A stretch of 64,000 nucleotides of DNA from Anaeromyxobacteraceae bacterium (GCA_047602405.1 JASGHJ010000002.1:2240001-2304000), one strand, 5' to 3'. Shown: positions 41,101 through 50,592, numbered from the stretch's first letter. The notes: generated by a model from the sequence alone, not told the origin. Numbers and translations are program-made.

Positions 41101-42512
41101 AGCGGCCCGGTCGCGCGCCAGGTGCCGGTCGCGGGCGTGTAGCGCTCCGCCGCGACGAGCGGCGTGCCCGGGCCGACGTTGCCGCCGACCACGAGGACCT
41201 CGCCCGTGTCGAGGAGCGTGGCGGTGTGCCCGGTGCGGGCGGTCAGCATGTCGCCGGTCGGGGTCCAGGTCCCGGCCGCGGGGTCGTAGAGCTGCGCGTC
41301 GGCGAGGAAGCCGCCCAGGCCGTCGACGCCGCCGGCGACGAGGATGCGCCCGTCGGGGAGCGGCGTCGCGGTCTGCCCACGGCGCGCGACCCCGGTCCCG
41401 CCGGCGAGGCTCCACGCCGGCGCGGACACGTCGAGCGCCTCGACGGCGGCGAGCGCGGCCCCCGAGAGCGCGCCGCCGGCCACGAGGACCCGGCCGGTGC
41501 CGAGCGGCGTGGCCGAGTGGCCGGCGCGGGCCGAGGCGAGCGCGGGGCCGGCGGACCAGCCGCCGCCCGCGGGGTCGTAGCGCTCGGTGGTGGCGAGCTC
41601 GCCGAGCGGCCCGCGGCCGCCCGCGACGAGCGCGCGACCCGAGGGGAGGAGCACCGCGGCGGCGTCGCTGCGCGCGGTCGCGAGCGGATCGGTGACGGCC
41701 CACCCGCCGGAAGAGGTCCAGCGCTCGACGGAGGCGAGCGCGCCGGCGGCGGCCTCGCCGCCCGCGGCGAGCACCGAGCCATCGGCGAGGCGCAGGACGG
41801 CGGCGGCCGCGCGCGCGGCGGTGAGCGCCGCGTCCGGCGCGAAGGTGTGCGCCGCGGGATCCCAGCGCTCGGTGGTCGCGAGCGCGCCCGCGGCGCCCTC
41901 GCCGCCGACGACGAGCACCGTCCCGTCGCCGAGCAGCGCGGCGCCGTGGCGGGTGCGCGCGGCCTTCAGCGTGCCGGCGCCCGACCACTTCGAGGCGTCC
42001 GCGGTGAGCAGCTCGGCCGAGTCGAGCGCCGCGCCGGCGCCCGCGCCGCCGGCGACGAGCACCTCGCCCGTGGGGAGGACCGTGGCGGAGTGCCCCGCGC
42101 GCGCCGTGGCGAGCGGCGGGCCGGCGCGCCAGGCGCCGGCCACGGGGTCGAAGAGCTCGGTGGTCGCGAGGGCCAATCCCTGGGCGTCCACTCCGCCGGC
42201 GACGAGCACGCGCCCGTCGGCGAGGAGCGTCGCGGTGTGATCCCGGCGCGCCGTGGCGAGCGGGGGCGCGGCGGCGACGGCGCCGCTCGACGGCTCGACG
42301 AGCTCGACCGACGCGAGCGCCCCGGTGGCGCCGGGGGCGCCTCCCGCGAGGAGCAGGCGCCCATCCTCGAGCAGGGTGGCGGTGTGACCGGTGCGGGCCG
42401 TGCCCGCGGCGGACGCGGCATCGGCGGAGGCCGCGAGCGGCCCGGGCGAAGGCGGGCGCGCGCCGCAAGCGAGGGCGACGAGGGCGGCGGCGAGGGCGAA
42501 GTGCTGTCTCAT
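38142..42512 (-). CDS. Kelch-repeat lipoprotein with internal MYXO-CTERM, fused to a beta-barrel plus OmpA-like C-terminal domain
   Basis: Lipobox LALAC, about 13 Kelch repeats (ARxxHTATLLxDGRVLVAGG), Ig-like units, GGCSC-hydrophobic-RRR, second signal-like segment, OmpA_C VEGHAD...NQALSEQRA...NRRVE. Confidence 0.85.
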   Translation of the reverse strand: MRQHFALAAALVALACGARPPSPGPLAASADAASAAGTARTGHTATLLEDGRLLLAGGAPGATGALASVELVEPSSGAVAAAPPLATARRDHTATLLADGRVLVAGGVDAQGLALATTELFDPVAGAWRAGPPLATARAGHSATVLPTGEVLVAGGAGAGAALDSAELLTADASKWSGAGTLKAARTRHGAALLGDGTVLVVGGEGAAGALATTERWDPAAHTFAPDAALTAARAAAAVLRLADGSVLAAGGEAAAGALASVERWTSSGGWAVTDPLATARSDAAAVLLPSGRALVAGGRGPLGELATTERYDPAGGGWSAGPALASARAGHSATPLGTGRVLVAGGALSGAALAAVEALDVSAPAWSLAGGTGVARRGQTATPLPDGRILVAGGVDGLGGFLADAQLYDPAAGTWTPTGDMLTARTGHTATLLDTGEVLVVGGNVGPGTPLVAAERYTPATGTWRATGPLRLARSAHTAVLLPSGAVLVAGGVVTRLVTKNGATTTTVGVTAAAETYDPDAGTFADARPLAVARAHHTASLLPGGDVAVAGGEDAEGAPLAACERWSSAAWAWSADGALATARTRHAATVLEDGRLLVTGGQGPAGVLATTELRTAGAWSSGPALLEARTDHAALLLPSGEVLVAGGRAAAPLASAERWVPSAAGFSALPALAHARADLSLAPLPDGDALAVGGDTTGLSHEAERFDAGLATSAALAPALDASLPARTPGTPLELTGARLAGGPAATGGPRAAAASRPVLRLEGLSGPVGHAHVEVATGEEVVASVPAVTVPGWYALRPVASGAAGHARWLLVVDRVKIRPRAPSVAPKATLSFEALGAYGYAWSLETDASGATLDPDTGAYTAGSKGGVVDVVKVQDPLGHSTTAQVSVGPSLAIGGNPGGAEPGGQIAFEATGGSGEGYAWTIVPGGSNSTLDPDTGLYTAGDVRNAADLVRVTDSLGNVAEVIVYVWPEWKAGAAGGCSCGSGSLSGSPLAILLAGLALSRLRARRRAPVGVALALVAGLLAAPASAQEASTAIVIERFEPLGGARDVLSVGSPDVPGHLERGAGIFLSYASKPLRIEATGMGGAPLTFAIVDRQATLTAGASVGLFGVAELAVVGSGALAQTAGRAPNVPATLQPTIASSGLSDVRVIPKLRLGALGPLQAGVALPVSFPTGDRTSFLGAGAATWAPRLDLELALWRVRLLANAGYAVRPARKVLDTTVGSAVTYGLAAELPFGRWAAQGSVIGERGASAATSPLEALLAVRWQGPRGLAVTVGGGAGVSTAVGTPVWRGFLALTYSSLAPVRLERPAAVEPPPVPLAVAEEPKPPAAQGRRAPAAVPLPPPPILAIDARIYFGVNETEVSGRFEDEIERVAAEVKENPKPVRIVVEGHADEVGNPRHNQALSEQRAERVRAALEAAGVPPERLRAVGFGDTRPAMPGHHGMNRRVELRIE

Positions 42513-42775
42513 GGCGACCGCGCACCCGGGGGGTTCGACCCGGGCGGCGCACCGGACGGGACAGCAACTCCCGGTCCAGCGGGCGTGCGGTATTCGTCAG
42601 CCATGGCGGGTGGTTCCGGAGGCAGGCCGCGCCACGGACCGTCCGCGGCGCACCCACCCCCGGGTCAGGAACCCGGGGCCCCGGCGCGATCCCGACCCGT
42701 CGCACATCCACCCCGCCCCCACCCTGCCCTGCGCTGGCCGGTCGCCAGGTGACCCGTGGTGCTAAGAACGATCGC

Positions 42776-43477
42776 ATGCGGACGGCGTTCGTGGCGGGCG
42801 CGACCGGCTACACGGGGCGCGAGGCGGTCCGGCTCCTGCGCGAGCACGGCGCGGAGGTCGTCGCGCACGTGCGGCCGGGCTCGCCCGCGGGGGCGCGCGC
42901 GAAGGACCGCTTCCTCGCGCTCGGCGCGCGGGTGGACGGGTCGCCCTGGGAGCTCGCCGCGATGACCGAGGCCCTGCGCAGGGCGCGGCCCGACGCCGTG
43001 CTCGCCCTCCTCGGCACGACGCGCGCGCGGGGGCGGGCCGCGGCCTCGCGCGGCGCGGTCGAGACGTACGAGACGATCGACTACGGCCTCACCCGGCTCC
43101 TCCTCTCCGCCGCGGTCGCGTGCGGCCACCGCCCGCGCTTCGTGTACCTCTCGGCGGTGGGCGTGAGGCCCGGCGCCACGAACCCCTACCTCGCCGTGCG
43201 CGCCCGCCTCGAGGCGGAGCTCGCCGCGAGCGGGCTGCCCTGGGTGATCGCGCGCCCGTCCTTCATCACCGGCCCCGACCGCGACGAGGCCCGCCCGACC
43301 GAGCGGCTCGCCGCGGGGGCCGTGGACGCCGTGGCGGGCGCGCTCGGCGTCCTCGGGGTCCGCGCCGCGGAGCGCTGGCGCTCCACGACCGCGACGAGGC
43401 TCGCCGGCGCCCTCGTCCGGCTGGCCTTCGACCCGGCCGCCGCGGGACGGGTGTTCGAGTCCGAGGCGCTGCGGTAG
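42776..43477 (+). CDS. NAD(P)-binding Rossmann-fold oxidoreductase (atypical SDR)
   Basis: FVAGATGYTG, FVYLSAVG, IARPSFITG. Confidence 0.85.
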   Translation: MRTAFVAGATGYTGREAVRLLREHGAEVVAHVRPGSPAGARAKDRFLALGARVDGSPWELAAMTEALRRARPDAVLALLGTTRARGRAAASRGAVETYETIDYGLTRLLLSAAVACGHRPRFVYLSAVGVRPGATNPYLAVRARLEAELAASGLPWVIARPSFITGPDRDEARPTERLAAGAVDAVAGALGVLGVRAAERWRSTTATRLAGALVRLAFDPAAAGRVFESEALR

Positions 43478-43511
43478 ATTCCCGTCCCCCCCCACCGCCC
43501 CGGAGGAGCAC

Positions 43512-43988
43512 GTGAGCGACGCCAGCACCGAGGAGTGCCTGCAGGAGCGCTACGCCCCGCACAACGCCTGCTTCGGCTGCGGCCCCGCGAACCCGAAGGG
43601 GCTCCACGTGCGGAGCTTCGTGAAGGGCGACGAGGTCGTGGCGACCTGGACGGCCGAGAAGCACCACGAGGCCTTCGACGGCATGCTCTCCGGCGGGATC
43701 ACCGGGACGCTGCTCGACTGCCACTCCAACTGGACCGCCGCCCACCACCTCATGAAGGCGGCGGGCGAGCGGACCCCGCCCTGTACGGTGACGGCCGAGT
43801 TCGCGGTGAAGCTCCTGCGCCCGTGCCCCACCGCGGGCCCGCTCCAGCTCTCGGCGCGGGTGGTCGAGGCGACGAAGGACCGCGCGGTGATCGAGGCGAC
43901 CCTCACCGCCGACGGGAAGCTCCGCGCCACCTGCCGGGGCACCTTCGTGGCGGTGACGCCGGGGCACCCGGCCTACCACCGTTGGTGA
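43512..43988 (+). CDS. PaaI family thioesterase
   Basis: CFGCGPANPKGL, GGITGTLLDCH, hot-dog-fold pattern; GGAGG SD. Confidence 0.88.
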   Translation: MSDASTEECLQERYAPHNACFGCGPANPKGLHVRSFVKGDEVVATWTAEKHHEAFDGMLSGGITGTLLDCHSNWTAAHHLMKAAGERTPPCTVTAEFAVKLLRPCPTAGPLQLSARVVEATKDRAVIEATLTADGKLRATCRGTFVAVTPGHPAYHRW

Positions 43989-43989
43989 A

Positions 43990-44823
43990 CTACTTGCCGC
44001 CCCCGTAGCGCTTCATCATCTCCTCCATCTGCTTGCGCTGCTCGGGCGTCATGGACTTCATGCGCTCCTTCATCTGCTTCATGGCGGCGTCGAGCTCCTT
44101 CTGCTGCTCGGGTGACGCGAAGACGCCGGCCATGCCGGTCTCCTGGTAGCCGGCGGGCACCTGGAACATCGAGGCGGGCACGGCCTGCTTCTTCGCCGCG
44201 GTCAGCTCCATCGTGACGCCGGCGGCGCCGCCCTCGTCGTCGAGCGTGCGCATCGACACCGGGATCCCGTCGAGCCCCGCCGCACGGAGCTCGGAGAACA
44301 CGTCGTCCTCGTCGTCGGCCGACATGCGGGCGAGGGCCGAGACGCTGCCGAGGGCCTTCGTCACGCAGAGCTCCTGCGCGCCGCCCCCGCCCTCCCGCGT
44401 GAGCCGCACCTTCTCGCAGGCGTAGCCCGCGACGTTCCCCGCGCCGAGCCGCTCGAGCTTGCGCTTCGCGTGGCCGCCGCTCGGGTGCTCGCCCCGGTCC
44501 ATCACCGAGTACGTTCGCTGCGCCTCGTTGAGCATGACGGTCTTCTTCGGGTCGGAGGCCTTCCAGAGCACCACGACCTGGAGCGGGCGGCTCCCGCCCT
44601 TCCCGTCCGGGACCACGCCGCTCATCTCGCTGCGCGCCCCCGCGGCGGAGACCCACATCGTGACCTTGCCGTCCTGACGGCTGCCCCCGCGCTTGCCGCC
44701 CGCCGGATCGGGGGCGGGCAGCCCCTTCATCAGGTAGTCGAGGCGGCCCTCGAACTGGGCGCGCGTGGGCGCGGCGGCGAGCGTGAGCGCGGCGGCGGCC
44801 GCGAAGAGGAGCGTGCGGGACAT
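43990..44823 (-). CDS. Secreted DUF4412-like protein
   Basis: GGAGG SD, signal peptide ending AQFEG, VAGYACEK, FQVPAGY, Met/Gln-rich tail. Confidence 0.75.
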   Translation of the reverse strand: MSRTLLFAAAAALTLAAAPTRAQFEGRLDYLMKGLPAPDPAGGKRGGSRQDGKVTMWVSAAGARSEMSGVVPDGKGGSRPLQVVVLWKASDPKKTVMLNEAQRTYSVMDRGEHPSGGHAKRKLERLGAGNVAGYACEKVRLTREGGGGAQELCVTKALGSVSALARMSADDEDDVFSELRAAGLDGIPVSMRTLDDEGGAAGVTMELTAAKKQAVPASMFQVPAGYQETGMAGVFASPEQQKELDAAMKQMKERMKSMTPEQRKQMEEMMKRYGGGK

Positions 44824-45257
44824 GGTTTCCTCCGGACCGGCCAGGAACCGGTGGGGGAAGGCTAACCCGAGGTGCGCCCGGAAGCGAACGGTGCCCTCGC
44901 GAGGGACTCGCCCGCGCGGGAGGGGCCCTGCGCCGCCCCAGGAGGACGGGCGATTGGGGTTTGCCCGCCCGGCCCGGGCCCGCCGCGCGGCGGACGACCC
45001 GCGGCCGGCTGTTGACGGTTGGTGAATGTACGTCGAGCGCCCCTCGGCTCCTGCGCAGCGCGTGCACGCCCGCGCGCCCTGCGGCGGTGCGCGCGAGCGC
45101 GGGTGCTCACCGCGCGCTCGCTGCGCCGCTGTGCGAGCCGCGGACACATTGTCGAAGAACGCAACGATCCACACGTTTCCTCCCAGTCGAATGAGCCGGG
45201 CGCGCCTCGCGTGCCCCCACGGGGAGTGAACGAGCATGCGAGTGCATCGATTCTTCG

Positions 45258-48200
45258 ATGTGGGCCGCAGTGGGCGCGGCGGTGGCCTGGGCGGGGTGCG
45301 GGGCTCCAGGCGAGGGTGGCTTCGCCGAGGGCGCGGACGAGGCGACGGCGCCCGTCTCGATCTACGAGGACGCGCTCGCGTCCGGCTGGACCGACGCGTC
45401 GACGGCCCAGCGCAACCTCGCGAGCCCGTCTCCCGTCGCCGGCGGGACCGCGGCCATCGCCGTGACCTACGCCCCCTCCTCGAGGCTCGCGTTCGGCGCG
45501 CCGGCGCCGGTCACGATGGACTACCTCGAGCTCGACGCGCACGGCGGGGCCACCACCGCCCCGGCGCTCTCCGTCGGCGCGGGCGGCTACGCCGCCCCGC
45601 TCGGCCCCTACTGCGACGGCGGCCGGATCGTCGCGGGCGCCTGGCGCCACTGCCGCGTGCCGCTCCGCGCGCTCGCAGCCGCCGGCGTCTCCTCCGTCGC
45701 GCTCGCCGAGGCCGCGGGCCTGTCGCTCCCCACCCTCTCGTTCGACACCCTCCGCCTCGTCCAGGCCCAGAGCCGCATCTACGACGACGTCCTCCGCGCG
45801 CCCTGGGAGGACTGGTCGTGGGCCACCGTCGGGTTCGGGAAGGGCACCCCGACGCCGGGTGGGGCGCCCTCCATCTCCGCCGCCTTCGGCGCGTGGCAGG
45901 CCCTCTACTTCCACCACTCCGGCTACGCCGTCACCGCGGGCTCGAACCTGGAGTTCGACGTGCGCGGCTCGACCAATGCCCCGGTGATGCGCGTGCGCGC
46001 CCTCCAGTCGAGCGGCCAGTGGACGGGCGGCGTGGACCTCAACACCGCCTGCGCCGGCGGGATCCGCGCGGGCGTGTGGACCCACTGCCGCGTCCCGCTC
46101 ACGTCGCTCTCCCCCGCGGGGACCTCCGTCACGGGGATCACGATCCAGGAGTGGGCCGGCGCGAGCGTCCCCGCGATGAGCTTCGCGCTCGTCTCGATCG
46201 CCTCACCGCCCGCGGCCTCGCCGGCGCCCACCACCGTCTCGGTCGCGGTGAGCCCCGCGTCCGCGAGCGTCGCCCCCGGCGCCACGCAGCAATTCACCGC
46301 CACCGTCACCGGCACGACCAACACCGCGGTCCAGTGGTCGGTGCAGGAGGGCGCGGCGGGCGGCTCCGTCTCCTCCACCGGCCTCTACACCGCCCCCTCG
46401 ACGGCCGGCACCTACCACGTCGTCGCGCGGAGCCAGGCCGACACCACGAAGCAGGCCGTCGCCACCGTCACCGTGACCGCCCAGCCGACCGTGGCGGTCG
46501 CGATCAGCCCGACCACCGCGAGCGTCGTCGCGAGCGCCACGCGGCAGTTCACCGCCACCGTCACCGGCACGACCAACACCGCGGTCCAGTGGTCGGTGCA
46601 GGAGGGCGCGGCGGGCGGCTCCGTCTCCTCCAGCGGCCTCTACACCGCCCCCTCGACGGCCGGCACCTACCACGTCGTCGCGCGGAGCCAGGCCGACACC
46701 ACGAAGCAGGCGGTGGCGACGGTCACGGTGACGGCGGCGACGACCATCGCGGTCTCGGTCAGCCCGACCTCCGCGAGCGTGGCGGCGGGCGGGACCCAGC
46801 AGTTCACGGCCACGGTCACCGGCACGACCAACACGGCCGTGCAGTGGACCGTGCAGGAGGGCGCCGCGGGCGGGGCGATCTCCTCGACCGGCCTCTACAC
46901 CGCGCCCTCGACCGCCGGGACCTACCACGCCGTCGCGCGGAGCCAGGCCGACACGACGAAGCAGGCGGTCGCCTCCATCACCGTGACCGCCGGCGGCGGC
47001 GGCGGCGTGTACGTGCTGCCGTCCGACCGGTCCACCACGTGGAAGCCGGGCGTGACCCTCAACGGCGGGATCCCCGCCCGGACCACGGTCTGCGCGACCG
47101 TGAACGCCTCCACCTACGGCAACGGCGGCTCGGAGGCCTCCGGCGGCATCCAGGCGGCCATCAACGCCTGCCCTGCGGGCCAGGTGGTGCAGCTCTCCTC
47201 CGGCACGTTCCTCGTGAACAGGTACGTCATCGTCAACAAGGGCATCACCCTGCGTGGCGCGGGCGCCGGCCAGACGATCCTCAAGAAGACGAACGGGGCG
47301 AAGCCGTGGCAGGACAGCGCCGCGGACTACCAGCCGATCGTCATCGTCGGGGCGCAGCGCTGGGGCAGCCCCGACGACTCGACCTCCCAGAACCTCACCG
47401 CGGACGCCGCGAAGGGCGCGACGTCGATCACCGTCGCGTCCGCGGCCGGCTTCGCCGCCGGGCAGATCGTGCTCCTCGACGAGCTCTCCGGCGCGAGGTG
47501 GATGACCGACCCGCTCGGTCGCGGCCAGATCTGGGCCTCGCCCGACTGGCGCGTGACCTGGCAGCTCCACAACCCGCCGCAGGGCACCGACGACCCGCTC
47601 ACCGCGACCACGCCCACCGGCGGCGACGCCGCCGCCTGGTTCTGCCGCCGCGACCGCCCGACCAACGAGATCAAGGAGATCGCGAGCGTCAGCGGGAACA
47701 CGATCACCTTCACGAGCCCGATCCACATCAGCTACCGGGCGAGCCACGCCGCCCAGCTCACCCGCTACACCGGCTCGAACGTCCACATCCGCGGCGCGGG
47801 CGTGGAGAAGCTCACGATGACCGGCGGCTCCGACGGCGCGCTGCGCTTCGAGCGCGCGGCGTCGTCCTGGGCGCGGAACGTCGAGGTCACCCTGTGGCTC
47901 GGCGAGGGCGTGGCGATCGATCACTCGTACCGCGTGGAGCTGCGCGACTCGTACCTCCACGACGGCGCGTGGCCGTCGCCCGGTGGCGCGGGCTACGCGA
48001 TCAGCTTCGCGAACGCGTCGTCCGAGATCCTCGTCGAGAACAACATCTCGATGATGGCGAACAAGGTGATGGTGGCGCGCTGCTCCGGGGCGGGCTCGGT
48101 CTTCGGCTACAACTACGTCGACGACGGCTTCATCGCCTACTCGGAGAACTGGATCGAGGTGGGCCTGAACGCCTCGCACATGGTCGGCCCGCACCACGTC

Positions 48201-48770
48201 CTGTTCGAGGGCAACATGGGCTGGAACTTCGACAGCGACAAGACGCACGGCTCGTCGACCCTGCACACCATCTTCCGCAACTGGCTGAAGGGGACGCGCA
48301 AGCCCTTCGTCAACGGCTCGACCGGCCACACCATCGACGACTACGCCTCGAGCGGCAACGGCCCACGCCGCGCCGCCGGGTCCGCCGCGTACTCGTACGG
48401 CATGAGCTTCGTCGGGAACGTGCTCGGCGAGCAGGGGAAGATGGGCGGCTGGATCTACGAGGCGAACCACACCGGCGGCATGAACGACCGCGCCATCTGG
48501 CTGCTCGGCTGGGACGACTGGAGCCCGTACCCCTACGACCCGAACGTCGTCGCGACGGCGGTCCGGGCCGGCAACTGGGACTGGCTCCAGCAGAAGCAGA
48601 CCTGGCACGACGGCTCGCCGGGCGCGATCGCCGACTCGATGTACCTGCCCTCGAAGCCGGCGTTCTTCGGCGCGAACCGGTGGCCCTGGGTGGATCCCAC
48701 GACGGGCGCCACGTACACCCTGCCCGCGAAGGCCCGGTACGACGCCGGGACGCCGAACGTGGTGCCCTGA
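45258..48770 (+). CDS. Large surface lipoprotein: two CBM-like domains, three Ig-like repeats, pectin-lyase-like beta-helix
   Basis: WAGC lipobox, two IY[ED]DxL...W domains, three VxPxxASV...QFTATVTG repeats, IQAAINAC...ITLRGAG beta-helix start. True start may be 45236 with a frameshift. Confidence 0.8.
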   Translation: MWAAVGAAVAWAGCGAPGEGGFAEGADEATAPVSIYEDALASGWTDASTAQRNLASPSPVAGGTAAIAVTYAPSSRLAFGAPAPVTMDYLELDAHGGATTAPALSVGAGGYAAPLGPYCDGGRIVAGAWRHCRVPLRALAAAGVSSVALAEAAGLSLPTLSFDTLRLVQAQSRIYDDVLRAPWEDWSWATVGFGKGTPTPGGAPSISAAFGAWQALYFHHSGYAVTAGSNLEFDVRGSTNAPVMRVRALQSSGQWTGGVDLNTACAGGIRAGVWTHCRVPLTSLSPAGTSVTGITIQEWAGASVPAMSFALVSIASPPAASPAPTTVSVAVSPASASVAPGATQQFTATVTGTTNTAVQWSVQEGAAGGSVSSTGLYTAPSTAGTYHVVARSQADTTKQAVATVTVTAQPTVAVAISPTTASVVASATRQFTATVTGTTNTAVQWSVQEGAAGGSVSSSGLYTAPSTAGTYHVVARSQADTTKQAVATVTVTAATTIAVSVSPTSASVAAGGTQQFTATVTGTTNTAVQWTVQEGAAGGAISSTGLYTAPSTAGTYHAVARSQADTTKQAVASITVTAGGGGGVYVLPSDRSTTWKPGVTLNGGIPARTTVCATVNASTYGNGGSEASGGIQAAINACPAGQVVQLSSGTFLVNRYVIVNKGITLRGAGAGQTILKKTNGAKPWQDSAADYQPIVIVGAQRWGSPDDSTSQNLTADAAKGATSITVASAAGFAAGQIVLLDELSGARWMTDPLGRGQIWASPDWRVTWQLHNPPQGTDDPLTATTPTGGDAAAWFCRRDRPTNEIKEIASVSGNTITFTSPIHISYRASHAAQLTRYTGSNVHIRGAGVEKLTMTGGSDGALRFERAASSWARNVEVTLWLGEGVAIDHSYRVELRDSYLHDGAWPSPGGAGYAISFANASSEILVENNISMMANKVMVARCSGAGSVFGYNYVDDGFIAYSENWIEVGLNASHMVGPHHVLFEGNMGWNFDSDKTHGSSTLHTIFRNWLKGTRKPFVNGSTGHTIDDYASSGNGPRRAAGSAAYSYGMSFVGNVLGEQGKMGGWIYEANHTGGMNDRAIWLLGWDDWSPYPYDPNVVATAVRAGNWDWLQQKQTWHDGSPGAIADSMYLPSKPAFFGANRWPWVDPTTGATYTLPAKARYDAGTPNVVP
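46235..46990 (+). repeat. Three intragenic tandem repeats of about 255 bp (Ig-like domains)
   Basis: Near-identical DNA at about 46295-46460 and 46550-46715; the third copy is more diverged. Confidence 0.9.
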
Positions 48771-48786
48771 GCGGGCGTGACGCCGC

Positions 48787-48822
48787 GGTGGCGCGGACCG
48801 GGCACCCCCGGCCCGCGCCACC
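48787..48822 (+). terminator. GC-rich hairpin after the large surface-protein gene
   Basis: GGTGGCGCGG...CCGCGCCACC inverted repeat shortly after the stop codon; no U-tract. Confidence 0.4.
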
Positions 48823-48922
48823 CCCAGGGAAAACCTAAGCTTCGCTGCCTAACTTCGTCATCGTGCGGAGGCCTCCGCCTCACTAGCTTCCCCGGAACCT
48901 TCTCTCTGAACGGGGAGCTCGC

Positions 48923-49864
48923 GTGGATCATCACATCCTGGAGTGGCTGGCGTTCGGCGGGTTCGTGCTCGCGATGCTCGCGCTCGACCTGGGCGTCTTC
49001 AACCGCAAGGACCACGTCATCGGCGCGAAGGAGGCGCTCGCGTGGTCGGCGGTGTGGGTCGCCCTCGCGCTCGCCTTCGGCGGGTACGTCTGGTGGCAGC
49101 ACGGCGCGACCTCGGGCCTCGAGTACTACACGGGCTACGTCATCGAGAAGTCGCTCTCGGTCGACAACATCTTCGTCTTCGTCGTCATCTTCGGCGCGCT
49201 GGGCATCCCGCCGCTCTACCAGCACCGCGTGCTGTTCTGGGGCATCCTGACGGCGCTCGTGCTCCGCGGCGCGATGATCGCCGCGGGCGCCGCGCTGCTC
49301 GAGCGCTTCCACTGGGTCATCTACGTCTTCGGTGGCCTCCTGATCGTCACCGGCGCGAAGCTCTTCCTCGCCCGCGGCGAGGCGCAGAGCCCCGAGCAGA
49401 GCGGCCTCTTCAAGCTGCTCAAGCGCACCGTGCCCTCGACCCCGCGCCTCGACGGGAACCGCTTCTTCACGCTCGAGAACGGCAAGCGCGTCGCCACGCC
49501 GCTCTTCTTCGCGCTCGCCCTCATCGAGCTCACCGACGTCGTGTTCGCGGTCGACTCGATCCCCGCCATCTTCGCGGTGACCCAGGACCCGTACATCGTC
49601 TTCACCTCCAACATCTTCGCGATCCTGGGCCTGCGGTCGCTCTACTTCCTGCTCGCCGGCTTCGTCGAGAAGTTCACCTACCTGAAGCCGTCGCTCGCGG
49701 CGGTGCTCGTCTTCGTGGGCGCGAAGATGGCGCTCGTCGACTTCGTGAAGGTCCACCCGGCGGTCTCGCTCGCCGTCATCGTCGGGATCCTCACGGTGGG
49801 GGTGCTCGCCTCCGTCGCCGCGAACCGCCGCGCGGGGGCGCGGCCCGCGACCGCTTCCCGCTGA
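48923..49864 (+). CDS. TerC family (Alx-like) membrane protein
   Basis: GYVIEKSLSVDNIFVF, QHRVLFWGI, ELTDVVFAVDSIPA, SNIFAILGLRSLYF. Confidence 0.95.
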   Translation: MDHHILEWLAFGGFVLAMLALDLGVFNRKDHVIGAKEALAWSAVWVALALAFGGYVWWQHGATSGLEYYTGYVIEKSLSVDNIFVFVVIFGALGIPPLYQHRVLFWGILTALVLRGAMIAAGAALLERFHWVIYVFGGLLIVTGAKLFLARGEAQSPEQSGLFKLLKRTVPSTPRLDGNRFFTLENGKRVATPLFFALALIELTDVVFAVDSIPAIFAVTQDPYIVFTSNIFAILGLRSLYFLLAGFVEKFTYLKPSLAAVLVFVGAKMALVDFVKVHPAVSLAVIVGILTVGVLASVAANRRAGARPATASR

Positions 49865-49883
49865 GCGCCGGGAACGGAGGCGG

Positions 49884-50402
49884 CTACTCGCACTTCCGCA
49901 CGGACACGAAGTCGACGAACGTGACGGAGTCCGCGCGCGGAACGCGAGCCGCCGAGGCCTGCCGGGTCTCCATCGGCCCCCACACGCACCCGTCTCCGAG
50001 GGTGGTGTCCTCGACGGCGACCCGGAGCGAGCCATCGTCCTGGACCGCCGCGACGGGCATGCGCATCGCCCTTGCTCCCCCCGAGCGGCCGATTCCCGCG
50101 ATGACCACCATGTCCTGCGTGAAATCGACGGAGGGCACCGGCGCGGCAGGGACCTCGCTCCCCACGAGCATGGCCCACGCCTCGCCCCACGCCGCCTGGT
50201 CGCGTACCACGACGCGAACCGGGTCGACGTACGCCGTGTTCCACTCGACCCCCGACGGATGCCCGGAGGGAGTCAGGTAGGCCAGCGTGACCGGGGTGCC
50301 GGGGAGCTCCACGGCCCCGCCGCGATGGACGTGGTCGTTCGGCGTCTCGCACGCGACGAGGGAAAGGCTCACGGCCGTGAGCGCGAGTGCGCGTCCGAGC
50401 AT
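49884..50402 (-). CDS. Hypothetical lipoprotein (PrcB C-terminal-like)
   Basis: GAGGAGG SD, lipobox LVAC, PSVDFTQDMVV motif. Confidence 0.65.
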   Translation of the reverse strand: MLGRALALTAVSLSLVACETPNDHVHRGGAVELPGTPVTLAYLTPSGHPSGVEWNTAYVDPVRVVVRDQAAWGEAWAMLVGSEVPAAPVPSVDFTQDMVVIAGIGRSGGARAMRMPVAAVQDDGSLRVAVEDTTLGDGCVWGPMETRQASAARVPRADSVTFVDFVSVRKCE

Positions 50403-50548
50403 GGGGTCCTCCTCGAGCGGGCCGCGATTTTCACGCGATGCCCGGTGAGACGTTACCCGCACGGAGCGTGCTTATCAAGTCGTGCACGCGTGCGACGGGA
50501 TGTCGCGCACGCGCCCGAGCGGGCCATGCTCGCTCGTCGTAATTCTTG

Positions 50549-50592
50549 TGACCCCGGCGTGACTCGAACACGCGACCTGCGGTTTAGGAAAC
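50549..50592 (-). other. 3' half of tRNA-Arg(CCT); att-site duplication
   Basis: Minus strand GTTTCCTAAACCGCAGGTCGCGTGTTCGAGTCACGCCGGGGTCA = anticodon loop TTCCTAA, T-arm GCGTG-TTCGAGT-CACGC, acceptor 3' strand. No D-arm or 5' acceptor strand upstream. Confidence 0.85.

Noticed and set aside
44860..44975. c-di-GMP-I riboswitch upstream of the DUF4412-like gene (minus strand GGGCAAACCCCA...TGGGG..GGCGCA)
   Set aside because: No GNRA tetraloop or receptor and no recognisable second stem; only an Rfam scan could rescue it.
958..48838. Many long Arg/Pro/Gly-rich ORFs (e.g. 958-2976, 16155-19094, 38044-42777, 45236-48838)
   Set aside because: Shadow frames of real genes, caused by stop-codon scarcity at very high GC; they carry no domain motifs.
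48830..48922. yybP-ykoY manganese riboswitch before terC
   Set aside because: Expected from gene context, but I could not find the conserved motifs.
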